From positions 248,001 through 312,000 of the IMG/VR virus record IMGVR_UViG_3300047319_001872: 64,000 nucleotides of DNA. The stretch is one strand, 5' to 3'. The notes under the pieces were generated by a model that saw only the letters and a list, made by a program, of their open reading frames with translations, did not search any database and was not told where the DNA came from. Of this stretch, positions 45,053-54,367 are shown one piece after another (within the stretch, counting starts at the first letter, position 1; every line of letters starts with the position of its first letter). A program made the position numbers and the translations under genes.

Positions 45053-46522
45053 TTAAGCGGCTTCAGCCAACAACATCATCTTGTTCCACTTGGCTTGATC
45101 CACCGATTCGTCCGTGTCATGCAAGAAGTTCGCCGTGGTGGCAATCACCGGTTTAGGTTGCGCGAGGTTACTCGACACCTTCTTCGGCTGGTCGAGACCA
45201 AACGTGCTCTTATGCGGCGCCAGGGCCCGCAGTTCTTCGGTCGTGTAGTTATCCAGACACGGCGTGAAGTTCAGCTGGTCACCATCGAAGTCCGCGTTCA
45301 AGCCCTTCACGTCCAGAATACTGATCGAGACGGTCGGGATCTCCACCACAGACTTCACTTGCGTCACATACACGAGCTGCGCCGAGCCGCGTTCCAACGA
45401 GGGGTTACGCTGCATGATACACGGAATGCCTTTGTACGGACATTCTGCGATCAGCTCCTGGAACAACTGATCCAGGTCCTCGTTGTAAATCGACGCGTGC
45501 TTGTTCAGGAACGCGATTCCTTCGTTCGGTGTGTAACCACGCCGTATCAGCTTATTCATCAAGTGGATACGGAACACCGACAGACCGATCCCCCACGGAA
45601 TGTGGATTTCCTCGTAATCGTGCGCATCCGTCAACGACGAGATCACGGCACGGAACGAGAAGTGGGAACGAGAGCCGAACACGTGCTTACGGAAAATCCC
45701 CTGCTTCTTGGCGAGCGTGGTCTTATACAGACCCTCGTAAAACTCCGCCAATTGCGAGATCGTCTTCACGGTCCGATTCTCTTTCACACGCACGGTGTGA
45801 GAGGTCAGGGAGGAATCGATGCCTGCCATCATGCGAATCGCATCCACCGCACCGGTGATGATGGGGTCCACATAGGTGCCGACGTTGCTCTCCTCGATCA
45901 CGAGAAGCGCCCGGTTCGGCAAGGGCAGGTGATCGCTAAACACGCAGTCCCGTTGATTGCGTATCGCCGTCATGAGCTCCAGATGCTCCTCACTCTTGCG
46001 ATACTCCTTGAGATCCATGAGCAACGCCATGATCTCGTCGAACTTGTTCACGAAGTTGTTCAACCCGCGCGGGCAGTTCAACTCCTCCAGCCGATACACG
46101 ACCTGGGGCTTACGCACCGGCGGCGCGTAGTTCGTGTCACAAATCCAGCGAATGATCTCATAACCACTGCGGGTGAATCGCTTCTTCAACATCATCCACA
46201 CGATCGGGTTGATCAGGCCATCGACGCCTTTCGGCCTTCTGATCCACACGATCGGTTCGAGGTCACGCTCCACATGCGAGCGGACTTCTGTGCCGCAGGA
46301 GCCACATACCACACCGACGTTGTAGCCACCAACGATCTCCCCACATTCGCACGACGGCAGATTGCTCAGCAAATCGCCCGAATAGGTGGTATAGATCAGT
46401 CGGTTAAACTCTTGCCGATCCTTCTCCGATGATTCCGCAATCTCGTTGATGATCTTCGGCTCGCGCGTCGAGTGCTGGTAAAACAGCTCGTTGAAATTGA
46501 TCAAACTGAGTCTTACGCCCAC
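45053..46522 (-). CDS. Non-virion RNAP beta' catalytic subunit (phiKZ gp55-56 equivalent), uninterrupted
   Basis: N-terminal Zn ribbon (CECG...CGSC), QRNPSLERG and the catalytic NADFDGD motif. Confidence 0.95.
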   Translation of the reverse strand: MGVRLSLINFNELFYQHSTREPKIINEIAESSEKDRQEFNRLIYTTYSGDLLSNLPSCECGEIVGGYNVGVVCGSCGTEVRSHVERDLEPIVWIRRPKGVDGLINPIVWMMLKKRFTRSGYEIIRWICDTNYAPPVRKPQVVYRLEELNCPRGLNNFVNKFDEIMALLMDLKEYRKSEEHLELMTAIRNQRDCVFSDHLPLPNRALLVIEESNVGTYVDPIITGAVDAIRMMAGIDSSLTSHTVRVKENRTVKTISQLAEFYEGLYKTTLAKKQGIFRKHVFGSRSHFSFRAVISSLTDAHDYEEIHIPWGIGLSVFRIHLMNKLIRRGYTPNEGIAFLNKHASIYNEDLDQLFQELIAECPYKGIPCIMQRNPSLERGSAQLVYVTQVKSVVEIPTVSISILDVKGLNADFDGDQLNFTPCLDNYTTEELRALAPHKSTFGLDQPKKVSSNLAQPKPVIATTANFLHDTDESVDQAKWNKMMLLAEAA

Positions 46523-46602
46523 TCGTTTCTCCTTGTTTCCTGTTTACTCGGGTACGGAATACCACTAGCTAGATGATACTCCAATAGATACCTCACCCCT
46601 GT

Positions 46603-46639
46603 AAAAAGAAAAAAAAGAGGGACCCGAAGGCCCCTCTTT
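46603..46639 (-). terminator. Intrinsic terminator of chmA
   Basis: AGAGGGACC-CGAA-GGCCCCTCT (a UUCG loop on minus), followed by a long U-tract on the minus strand. Confidence 0.8.
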
Positions 46640-46687
46640 CGACCGCTTGCGCGGAAATGACTACTGCCGCGCTACGTATTCAGCTGC

Positions 46688-48598
46688 TTACCAGCGCGAG
46701 CTGAAGCCCGTGCGACCCCAGCCAGCGCCTTGGTTCGACTGACCGCCGAAGCCTGCCGCGAACAGACCGGTTGCACCCGGAGCCATGAGCAGGCCGTTGG
46801 CGAACTGCGCCGTTGCACGCTCTTGACCCGCGACGTCGCCGAACGGGTATTGTGCACGCAGGACGAGACCCGCATCCACGCAGCCCTTGGCCAGCGCTTC
46901 CATGAACGCACCGTCCAGCGTTGCACGACGTGCGAAACCCGTGAAGGTTGCGTCGCCGACCAGACCCTGGATGATGTTCTTGCGACGCGCGAGACGCTGC
47001 GCGGGCGAGATTTGCAGATTGACAAACGTGTCGCTCCAGTCCTTGATGACCGTCGGGTCCTTCTCGCCGATCAGGTTCGCTACCGCGAGGTAGTCGATGT
47101 CGCGGATGTCGCGCTTGCGACCTTGCTGGTCGACGTACCAACCCAGGTGAATGCGGTTGTTGTTGTCGAACGCAACGCGGCCCGTGCCGTTCGTGTAGTG
47201 CTTCAGGAAGTTGCCGTTCGTCAGCGTCTGCGCTGCTTCGATGATGAACTCGTTGGCCTTCTGGCTGCCTTCAGCAGCAGCCGCGAACACCGAGTTCGAC
47301 CAGGTCGACGGACCGCATTCCGGCACGTCGATCGAGAGCAGCAGGCCCGGACGCACGAAAGCTTGCAGCAGCTTGTGCAGCGTGCCTTGTGCCGTGAACG
47401 CGTCCGACTTCGTGTCGATGCGCGCGCCGATACCGTTCGCGTTGCCTTCCGGGTTCGCTTCGATACCGATTGCACCGATGTCGTGCATGTCGATGCCTTG
47501 CGCGTAAGGACGCGGTGCGAAACCACGTGCCCAGGCGTTGCCGTCACGCAGCGTGAGTGCCTGAACCAGCGCGAACAGCTGAGCCGGAACGGTCATCAGC
47601 TCGAGCGTTTCCAGGTGCGTCATCACGAAGTGCGTGATGTACAGCGGGTTGAACTGCTGTTGCTGCGACTGACCCCACTGCGCGTACGGGTTCGCGGTCG
47701 GTGCGACCGGGTCCCACACGAGGTCGAGGAAGCCGCCGACTTGCGAGACCTTCGTCGCGCGTGCGTCTGCATTGGCGCCCTGGCCGGTCGTGATTGCCGT
47801 GGCGATCAGGTCGATCATCACGTCGGTGCGGATCGGCTCGCCGACCGGGTCAACCAGCTGGTCGTGGTTGAACGCGACGCGTGCGGTCAGGTTCGAGTCA
47901 CGTGCTGCGCCTGCGAGGTTCAGGTCGCGGAAGTCCGGACGCATGCGGTTCAGTTCGTGGTTCGCTGCAAACAGTGCGTTCGCGGCGAGCTGGTACACGA
48001 GCTGTTCGTCTGCGACGTCGAACGAACGCGGCACGACTTCGGCTTCAGCGTCGATCAGACGCGCGCCGTTGAACGTACGGGCCACGGCATCGGCCACGAC
48101 TTCGCGGAACTTGTCGTCCCACACGTCGCCGTCGACACGCTGGATTTCGACGTTCTGACCGTTGATCTGGTCGTACTTCGGCGGGAACGGTTCGCCCGAG
48201 CCTGCGAGGATCAGCGTGTGGTACGCGACGCCCAGGTCCAGGTCGTTCTTGTCGAACAGGGCCACGATGAGCGCCGAGCGCGCGATCGCCGGGTTGTTGT
48301 TCATGTCGAGCGGGAGCAGCTTGATCTCGAAAGCCGGGTTCGCCGACTTGTACGTTTCGATCAGGGCCTTCTCGAGCTTGACGAGCACTTCAGCAGCCGG
48401 GTTGCGGCCCATCGGTGCGTTGCCCAGGCGGCCGAGCGAGCGGAAGCTGAAGCCCGCCGGTGCGGATTGTTGTTGCTGGTTCATGGTGCCTCGCGGTTGA
48501 GAGTTCTGGTTATCCTTGGCACGGGTGAAACCCGCTGCCATTTGCGTTTCCGCCGGAGCTGCTGCTTGGCCTTCTTGGCCCGGTTGTTCGATTGCCAT
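46688..48598 (-). CDS. chmA: Chimallin, major phage nuclear shell protein
   Basis: 636 aa with a disordered N-terminus, FSF...motif, very strong codon bias and its own early promoter and terminator. Lies upstream of the nvRNAP beta' gene as in phiKZ (gp54). Confidence 0.9.
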   Translation of the reverse strand: MAIEQPGQEGQAAAPAETQMAAGFTRAKDNQNSQPRGTMNQQQQSAPAGFSFRSLGRLGNAPMGRNPAAEVLVKLEKALIETYKSANPAFEIKLLPLDMNNNPAIARSALIVALFDKNDLDLGVAYHTLILAGSGEPFPPKYDQINGQNVEIQRVDGDVWDDKFREVVADAVARTFNGARLIDAEAEVVPRSFDVADEQLVYQLAANALFAANHELNRMRPDFRDLNLAGAARDSNLTARVAFNHDQLVDPVGEPIRTDVMIDLIATAITTGQGANADARATKVSQVGGFLDLVWDPVAPTANPYAQWGQSQQQQFNPLYITHFVMTHLETLELMTVPAQLFALVQALTLRDGNAWARGFAPRPYAQGIDMHDIGAIGIEANPEGNANGIGARIDTKSDAFTAQGTLHKLLQAFVRPGLLLSIDVPECGPSTWSNSVFAAAAEGSQKANEFIIEAAQTLTNGNFLKHYTNGTGRVAFDNNNRIHLGWYVDQQGRKRDIRDIDYLAVANLIGEKDPTVIKDWSDTFVNLQISPAQRLARRKNIIQGLVGDATFTGFARRATLDGAFMEALAKGCVDAGLVLRAQYPFGDVAGQERATAQFANGLLMAPGATGLFAAGFGGQSNQGAGWGRTGFSSRW

Positions 48599-48682
48599 AG
48601 TGCTATTCCTTGTTTCAGAATTATCGTTTAATACACTCGAGTGTGTACTAGGGGAAAGCGATTTCCATTCCAGTACAAGTTA

Positions 48683-48711
48683 GTAATATGTCATTGACTT
48701 TTCTTTGAATC
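48683..48711 (-). promoter_or_regulatory. Early promoter of chmA, bipartite
   Basis: GATTCAAA-N12-ACATATTAC on the minus strand. Confidence 0.7.
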
Positions 48712-48718
48712 ACGCATA

Positions 48719-49336
48719 TCACTCACTTGTATAGAATCCCGTCCACTGCTTGTGGCTGGGACGTTTACCACTCAAGACTTTGGCCAGATTAGCCTGGTCG
48801 AGATTGTGTTGCTTGCAAAACTCTACTACATTTTTACCACGGTGAACCGTACCATCAGGTGCTCTTAGGACGAATTCCTTTGCAAGCTTGTCAGCCTGCG
48901 CGGCGCGACCTTGATCGTTTTCCTTCGTACGACCCGTCTTCTTCTGAGCCATCTTCCGGACACGCTCAGAGGTCTCTTTTGTTTGACCAATCATTGCGGC
49001 ATGGTGTCGATCCAGCGTGCCGTTCTGAATGGCCTCAAAATGATTCTCTCTGGCAGTAATAAAACGACAGTTACCCGTCGTGTAATTCCCTGCATCGCCG
49101 TGGCGAGACAAATGAAACTGCTCAGCACTACGACCAATCTGATCGGGTTTCGTTAATCCAGCTTGGTTAGCCAGATTGAGATACTCCCTGAAACTCAGAT
49201 CGCGTCCAATTCCGCGCTGTTGAGCACTCTGGCGTTGAATCGCGTACTTCTGATACCAGGCTTGCGAATCTGCCTGATCAAACCCCGTTTCAGAACAGAT
49301 TTTAATTTGCTCTTCTACACGCATCTTAAACTCCAA
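48719..49336 (-). mobile_element. Free-standing HNH-type homing endonuclease gene
   Basis: RG..DLSFREY...IG...FHLSRHGDAGNYTTGNCRFIT.REN (His-Me finger), a NUMOD3-like segment and a C-terminal FCKQHNL HTH. AT-rich. The start may be ATG 49324. Confidence 0.75.
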
Positions 49337-49495
49337 CTTGTTACTGTCTAAGAGGGTGATATATTGCCGAGTTTTATTAGAGCAACATCAAACCTCGCTC
49401 ATAGGGGGGTCCCCTAGCCAGTGGGTAAGACTGGCTAGGAGTAAAGACAGCGGTTTAGACTGTCTCTATACCATAGGCATTATCGCAGTAAGAAT

Positions 49496-50131
49496 TTACT
49501 TCGCCAATTCTGCCTGGCGACGCTGCTTGCGTGGCATCGCTTTGTGTTGCTGGAGCTTCTGGGCAGCGAGCTCTGCGTCCGTGTACTGGACGTTGGTGGT
49601 GACCCCGATGTAGGGACGCTTCAGTGCCACCTTAACTTCGCCGTCGTCTTGACGGTACACCGCGATATTGCCGGTCATGATGCCGTGGTACCACTGGCCG
49701 TCGAAGAGTGCCGCGATTTCCGGTTGATGATCGAACTCGGCCTTCTCGTGACAGATGAGCAAGTACTTGACCAAGCCCCATTCACAGGTGCGTGCGCTCG
49801 CCGGTTGCGGACGGTGGGCCATGAACTGCCAGAAGTGCTGCTGCTTCAGGTAGTTCATGTAGGCTTCTTGCTGCTGAGCCATCTCGAGCGACTTGGCTTG
49901 CTCTTCCGGGGTTTGTTCCGGATTGGCTGCCAGGCCTTCCAGCGTGATCTGTTCCAGTTCATCGGCGTTCATCACGTCGTCGAGCACCGGCACGCTTTTG
50001 CGCGGTTCGGCTTCGGCTTGTTCCTGCATGGCTTGTTCGACCATGAGACCCTCTTGGATCTCTGCCAGTCGTGCAGCATCTTCTTCCGAGACGGGCAGCA
50101 CAGCCTCGCTCTCTACCTTAACATCCATCAT
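49496..50131 (-). CDS. Hypothetical protein (acidic N-terminus, basic C-terminus)
   Basis: TGATG coupling to the upstream stop codon. Confidence 0.7.
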   Translation of the reverse strand: MMDVKVESEAVLPVSEEDAARLAEIQEGLMVEQAMQEQAEAEPRKSVPVLDDVMNADELEQITLEGLAANPEQTPEEQAKSLEMAQQQEAYMNYLKQQHFWQFMAHRPQPASARTCEWGLVKYLLICHEKAEFDHQPEIAALFDGQWYHGIMTGNIAVYRQDDGEVKVALKRPYIGVTTNVQYTDAELAAQKLQQHKAMPRKQRRQAELAK

Positions 50132-50907
50132 CAGTTCCACCGATCGCGTTTTCTGTTCTTGGGCAAGGCGGGCCGCCGGGAGCTTTTCCCAGGGTTATTC
50201 ACCTCGAATGCGGGCATAGCGTGTACAACTTCTGCCAAGCCCAATGGCTCGACGTCACTTCTCATGGGATGCACCATCCCAGTAAGTTTTTCCAGGATGT
50301 TGCGCTCACTCATCCCGCGACCGCGCAGTTCTGACTTCAGTTCATCCTGGGTCGCGACCACGATAATGGGTAGATCTGATTGCCTAAGCAGATGCGTGAC
50401 GTGATTCCGAATCAGCATGTGCTCGTCAATATAGAGGATGGGGAGATCCTTTCGATCCAGGCGCCGCAGCATTCCATCTCCATCTGCTTCCACCACGGCC
50501 TTGAGAATATCCTTGACAATCTTCTCATCCGCGGGATCAAGCGCATGCAAGGGGGTGTCGAGTGCGACCTGGAGATCGGAGACGTCCAGACCCGACCGGT
50601 ACTCTACCTTAGTCTCAACTAGGAGCAGGTGCTTTTCCATCCCCTGAACAGGCCGTACACTGTAAGCTTCGATCACAAAAGGCGTCTTGCCTGGCGATTG
50701 CATTATGAACGGATCACGCCATGCACCCTTCTCGTGAGAACTCAGTCGCATTACAACTTGACCGCCCAGCTCAATGTCGACGTGACTGACAGATTGATCG
50801 ATCGGCGCACGGAGTTGTTGCTGGACATGATCAACGATCGCCACAATCCCATCGCCGTATTCCTGTACGATTGAGCGATAGAAGCCAGACTGTTCCGAAT
50901 CGGTCAT
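50131..50907 (-). CDS. Hypothetical protein
   Basis: MTDSEQ... starting at ATG 50907 with RBS GGAGG. Confidence 0.7.
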   Translation of the reverse strand: [258 protein letters not shown]

Positions 50908-51212
50908 TCCCACCACCTCCCTTTCTTATAGCGTGAGCCGGACTTCGGTCCATTCCGGCGCTTCTTCTTGCCCCGACGTTCATCGCGCGTCCGATAGTCC
51001 TGCATCGGGCCTTGGTTCATGTTGGTGTACGTTTTGGGTTCCGCAGGAGCGTTCCCATACAGCGACATCGAACTGGTATCTTGCGCAGCAACCGCAGCAT
51101 TCAGCGCCGCCAGTTGCATCAGCATGCGAGCCCGGCTGCGAGTACTGCCTGGACTATAGTGAGCGATCGTGCCCACGTTGATGTGGGGCTTGGTGCGTTC
51201 GAACTTAGCCAT
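50904..51212 (-). CDS. Small basic protein with an EF-Tu-like N-terminus
   Basis: Begins [18 protein letters not shown]. RBS-like GAGGGG upstream. Tightly coupled to the genes on both sides. Confidence 0.75.
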   Translation of the reverse strand: [102 protein letters not shown]

Positions 51213-51482
51213 CTACAACCCCTCGAACCAGGAGACGACCATCGGGATCGCCAACACAAAGAAGAGTGCGACCGCACCGCGCTCGCGCCAATACCACTTG
51301 TCGTCTGGATACTGATAGACAGTGCGCTTCAGCACGTACTCATCGACACCGTGCGTGACGATGCTTTTCGTGGTGACGGGCACTTGCTGGCCCTGGAAGT
51401 AAGCCCGCGTACCCCAGGCGCTGACGATCCACAACAACGAGTAGACGACGCGAAACACCGACCACCAGTTGATGTTATTCAC
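51213..51482 (-). CDS. Small 2-TM membrane protein
   Basis: GTG 51482 with RBS GAGGAG. Two hydrophobic segments. Confidence 0.65.
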   Translation of the reverse strand: MNNINWWSVFRVVYSLLWIVSAWGTRAYFQGQQVPVTTKSIVTHGVDEYVLKRTVYQYPDDKWYWRERGAVALFFVLAIPMVVSWFEGL

Positions 51483-51759
51483 TTTTCGTCTCCTCAGGCG
51501 CCGTCGCACAGACCTTACAACACAACCGGCGCTTGTAGCCCAAGAAGTGATGACGGCAATGCAGGCAAATACATTCGTACATGCCGTTTTCATGCGCGAA
51601 GTCTTCCGGCCAGTGACGCTCCGTGCTTTGCGGATGCTTACGATTGAATCCGGCGATAATGGCGGCGTCCAGTTTATCGCGCTGGGCTTCCAGGCGCTGC
51701 ACGATCGCTGCCCTGGCGATCTCGGCAGGTGTGGGGTGGGGCTGGGTCTCGTTGGTCAT
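51475..51759 (-). CDS. Small Zn-finger protein
   Basis: WPEDFAHENGMYECICLHC...KRRLCCKVC, a motif recurring in phage proteins. Confidence 0.7.
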   Translation of the reverse strand: MTNETQPHPTPAEIARAAIVQRLEAQRDKLDAAIIAGFNRKHPQSTERHWPEDFAHENGMYECICLHCRHHFLGYKRRLCCKVCATAPEETKSE

Positions 51760-51980
51760 GCTGCTTCTCGTTCTTGGTATCGTGCTAATGTGGCTTCGGC
51801 TTCTTCGAGTGCAGCGCGCACTTCTGCTAGGCGATTCGCTGCTTCCTCGACAGTCCAGGCTTCACCACCCCGTTGGGCGCTATGCACGATCCGCCCAAAC
51901 TGATGCTGGATCGCGCGAGCGCCGCGCTCTTGTTCCTGTCGCCATGACGGCGCCCATGATTTGTTCTGACGCTTGGCCAT
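51756..51980 (-). CDS. Small hypothetical protein
   Basis: 74 aa, ATGA-coupled. Confidence 0.6.
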   Translation of the reverse strand: MAKRQNKSWAPSWRQEQERGARAIQHQFGRIVHSAQRGGEAWTVEEAANRLAEVRAALEEAEATLARYQEREAA

Positions 51981-51986
51981 GCTCGT

Positions 51987-52166
51987 TCACCGATGATTCC
52001 ACCACTGACGACTACGTTGGTTCTTCATGCGCTTAGCCTGTCGCTCTCGGTCTTCTTGACGTTGTTCTGCGGCGGACAATGGCGCTGCCATAAACTCCAG
52101 CTCTTCTTCCGTGGGTGAATTCGGATCTGGCGGAAAGAGTTGGTTGAGAATGCGCTTGACGCTCAT
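51987..52166 (-). CDS. Small hypothetical protein with a basic tail
   Basis: [10 protein letters not shown]... with RBS GGAGG. Confidence 0.6.
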   Translation of the reverse strand: [59 protein letters not shown]

Positions 52167-52174
52167 CACGCCTC

Positions 52175-52354
52175 CTAGAACAAATACCACATCAACCAGG
52201 CTGCCCCGGAGAGCAGAATGCCGATCACCAGAAAAGCCGCGGCGGCGATGCTTTGAAACGGCACCCGCTCAGGGGTGGCGAGGCCCAGTGCGGGCAGACC
52301 CACGCAAAGGACCGTCACCCAGATCGGCAACCAGTAAGAGTGAAAGGAGATCAT
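52175..52354 (-). CDS. Small 2-TM membrane protein
   Basis: MISFHSYWLP..., ATGA-coupled and hydrophobic. Confidence 0.55.
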   Translation of the reverse strand: MISFHSYWLPIWVTVLCVGLPALGLATPERVPFQSIAAAAFLVIGILLSGAAWLMWYLF

Positions 52355-52707
52355 GTCGTGGTAAGGATGCTGGGGAGCTTCAAGATGATGTTCTCGAGTG
52401 CCGTGGGGACACCGCGATCGCGCGCCGAGCCGCGCGACATGGCAAACGAGAAATAGGTACGGATCTTCGCGACCAGTTCCGTATCGGCAACATCGCACGT
52501 GTAGATGCTGGTGTTCGCATTCGGCGTGCCTTGAAACGAATCGATCAGCAGCGCGCAGGCGCGCGACATGTAGGGTTCGGCACTGATGTCTTTCTCATCG
52601 AAGACCTCCGGGTGCTGACGAATGAAACTGGTCCAGCCACGGATAATCCCAACACTGGCGATGAGGTTATCCGGCTCCACGGTTTCCCGTGTTTGATCGA
52701 AATTCAT
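52351..52707 (-). CDS. Hypothetical protein
   Basis: MNFDQTRE... starting at ATG 52707. Confidence 0.6.
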   Translation of the reverse strand: MNFDQTRETVEPDNLIASVGIIRGWTSFIRQHPEVFDEKDISAEPYMSRACALLIDSFQGTPNANTSIYTCDVADTELVAKIRTYFSFAMSRGSARDRGVPTALENIILKLPSILTTT

Positions 52708-52955
52708 TTGCGTTTTCTCCGGCGTTCTTTCTTGGGGGTATTCCACCACTCGCGCTGACGACTATACTGGGTGTCAAAGATGTTGCTCTTCGGCACCGGT
52801 TCGGTCTCAGCGCAGACGTAGCTGCTATTGGCCAACACTTCGATAATGGCTTTCGTGACGGTGGCGCTGGTACCATGCGAGACCATCAGAATCCGCTGCT
52901 GGCTTGTCGCCGCATGAATCGCCCGCAAGTCATCATCGTCGACAATGGCGGTCAT
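52704..52955 (-). CDS. Small hypothetical protein with a basic tail
   Basis: 83 aa with RBS AAGGA. Confidence 0.6.
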   Translation of the reverse strand: [83 protein letters not shown]

Positions 52956-53174
52956 GAAACTATTCCTTCAAAGACCCAGCGGCGCAAAGCCACTTGGGCA
53001 GCAATCTGGCGATCCAGTGCGCCGCGCCGATACCCGCTCATCGTCTGCGAATTGCCACTGGCGTTGGTATTACGAATCCTGACACGATTCTTTATCGTCG
53101 TGCGTTTGACTACATTCACCCCGAACATCTGCTGGCCTCATCGTATGCTTATCTGACTAATATAGGACGTTTCT

Positions 53175-54311
53175 ATGCACGGCCTTTTTAATTTGTTGCC
53201 TGGTGTCAATCTGCCCACCATGTATGCAGCAAATTGGCATTACGCCAAAGAGGGACTCAAACACAACCTCAAAAAGGTCGTGGAGTTCTATCACTCGCAT
53301 TCCATGGCAGTCGAATCGGAGCACTTCCTGATTCGTTTGCTGCAATCCATCAGCACACCTAAAGCCCTGAGCCTCGATCGTTACTACGCAATCGTGGACG
53401 CACTGTCATTGAATCTTGGCATGGCGTTAAAAATGACTTCGTCGATTTCCAAGGGTCACGTGTTTTCCGGGGTGTTCTATGGGCCAGGTTGCACCGAAGT
53501 CTTGATTGCAGAAAATGCTGAGTTCGATCCCGTCGACGCCACCCGTAACTGGGAGCACGTACAGGCTATCCGGGTGTTGCGGCATCCGCGCAGTGATTTG
53601 ATGCTCAATCTCCCCGATGGTAAGAAGACCGGTTCGGAAGAAGGCATCGCTGTGATCGCGATCAATATCCCGATGCTGGCGGTTCAATACCGGGCGTTTC
53701 GCCTACAGGAAGATGCCTATACGGTGCGCACTGGAGAGCCCGGTCGCACTATCCAGCAGTTTGTCCACATGCACGTGTTGCCCAATATGCTCTACACGCA
53801 TCTGGACTATGTGATCCTGAACCGGATCTGGAATCTGCTGCATGGTGCCCCGATGGGCGAAGGTAAACCCCATTCCTTCTACATCACGGACTTTAGCCAG
53901 AAGCTCAATGCCGTGCACACCACCATCCTCACGAATCTGCAAGCAGTGGGCCAGGACTTTACGGGGGTGCTGCGCAGTATTCCGTGCGTGAGCAAAGACA
54001 ATCTGGATGAGGCCCTGGCGATTCCGGAGATGGCCCCCACCCGGCAAGTGGAATGGGCCTTGGCTTTGTCGCGCTTCCCGGCGCTGGATGTGATGGTGGA
54101 TCTCACCGAAGGCGGTAACCAGGGCGGTGCCAATATCCGCAACCAGCAACAGTTAAACATCCTGATGCAGGCCGTGCGTCAGTATCGCTCAGGCGCTTAC
54201 TTCTCAAGTGTACTGACGGGCGATGTGTTGTACGACGTCAATACGGAAATCGATGAGCTGGTCGAGAAGATTCGCCAACGCAGCGGTACCGTACAAGCTA
54301 CGCCGACTTAA
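53175..54311 (+). CDS. Conserved chimallivirus protein (phiKZ gp52 position)
   Basis: 378 aa with HFLIRLLQSI, VLRHPRSDL and INIPMLAVQYR motifs. Confidence 0.7.
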   Translation: MHGLFNLLPGVNLPTMYAANWHYAKEGLKHNLKKVVEFYHSHSMAVESEHFLIRLLQSISTPKALSLDRYYAIVDALSLNLGMALKMTSSISKGHVFSGVFYGPGCTEVLIAENAEFDPVDATRNWEHVQAIRVLRHPRSDLMLNLPDGKKTGSEEGIAVIAINIPMLAVQYRAFRLQEDAYTVRTGEPGRTIQQFVHMHVLPNMLYTHLDYVILNRIWNLLHGAPMGEGKPHSFYITDFSQKLNAVHTTILTNLQAVGQDFTGVLRSIPCVSKDNLDEALAIPEMAPTRQVEWALALSRFPALDVMVDLTEGGNQGGANIRNQQQLNILMQAVRQYRSGAYFSSVLTGDVLYDVNTEIDELVEKIRQRSGTVQATPT

Positions 54312-54360
54312 GGGCATAAAAGCCACAGGAGCCAGGGGTACCCCTGGCTCCTATGACGTC
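54312..54360. terminator. Hairpin between convergent genes
   Basis: GGAGCCAGGG-GTAC-CCCTGGCTCC with GGCATA...TATGAC flanks. Confidence 0.7.
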
Positions 54361-54367
54361 GCTGCCG

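Noticed and set aside
32889-46522. Introns or inteins in the nvRNAP beta and beta' genes (interrupted in phiKZ)
   Set aside because: Both ORFs are continuous with the expected motifs and lengths. No embedded endonuclease or intein motifs are visible.
50904-51212. Annotation as a functional elongation factor Tu or a tuf pseudogene
   Set aside because: Similarity stops after about 18-24 residues, the P-loop Lys is lost, and no further EF-Tu sequence follows in any frame I could see.
52956-53174. ORFs 52689..53156 and 52994..53191 in the gap before the gp52-like gene
   Set aside because: No RBS, and they overlap better-supported genes. The gap more likely holds divergent promoters (CTATATTAG at about 53158-53166 on the minus strand).
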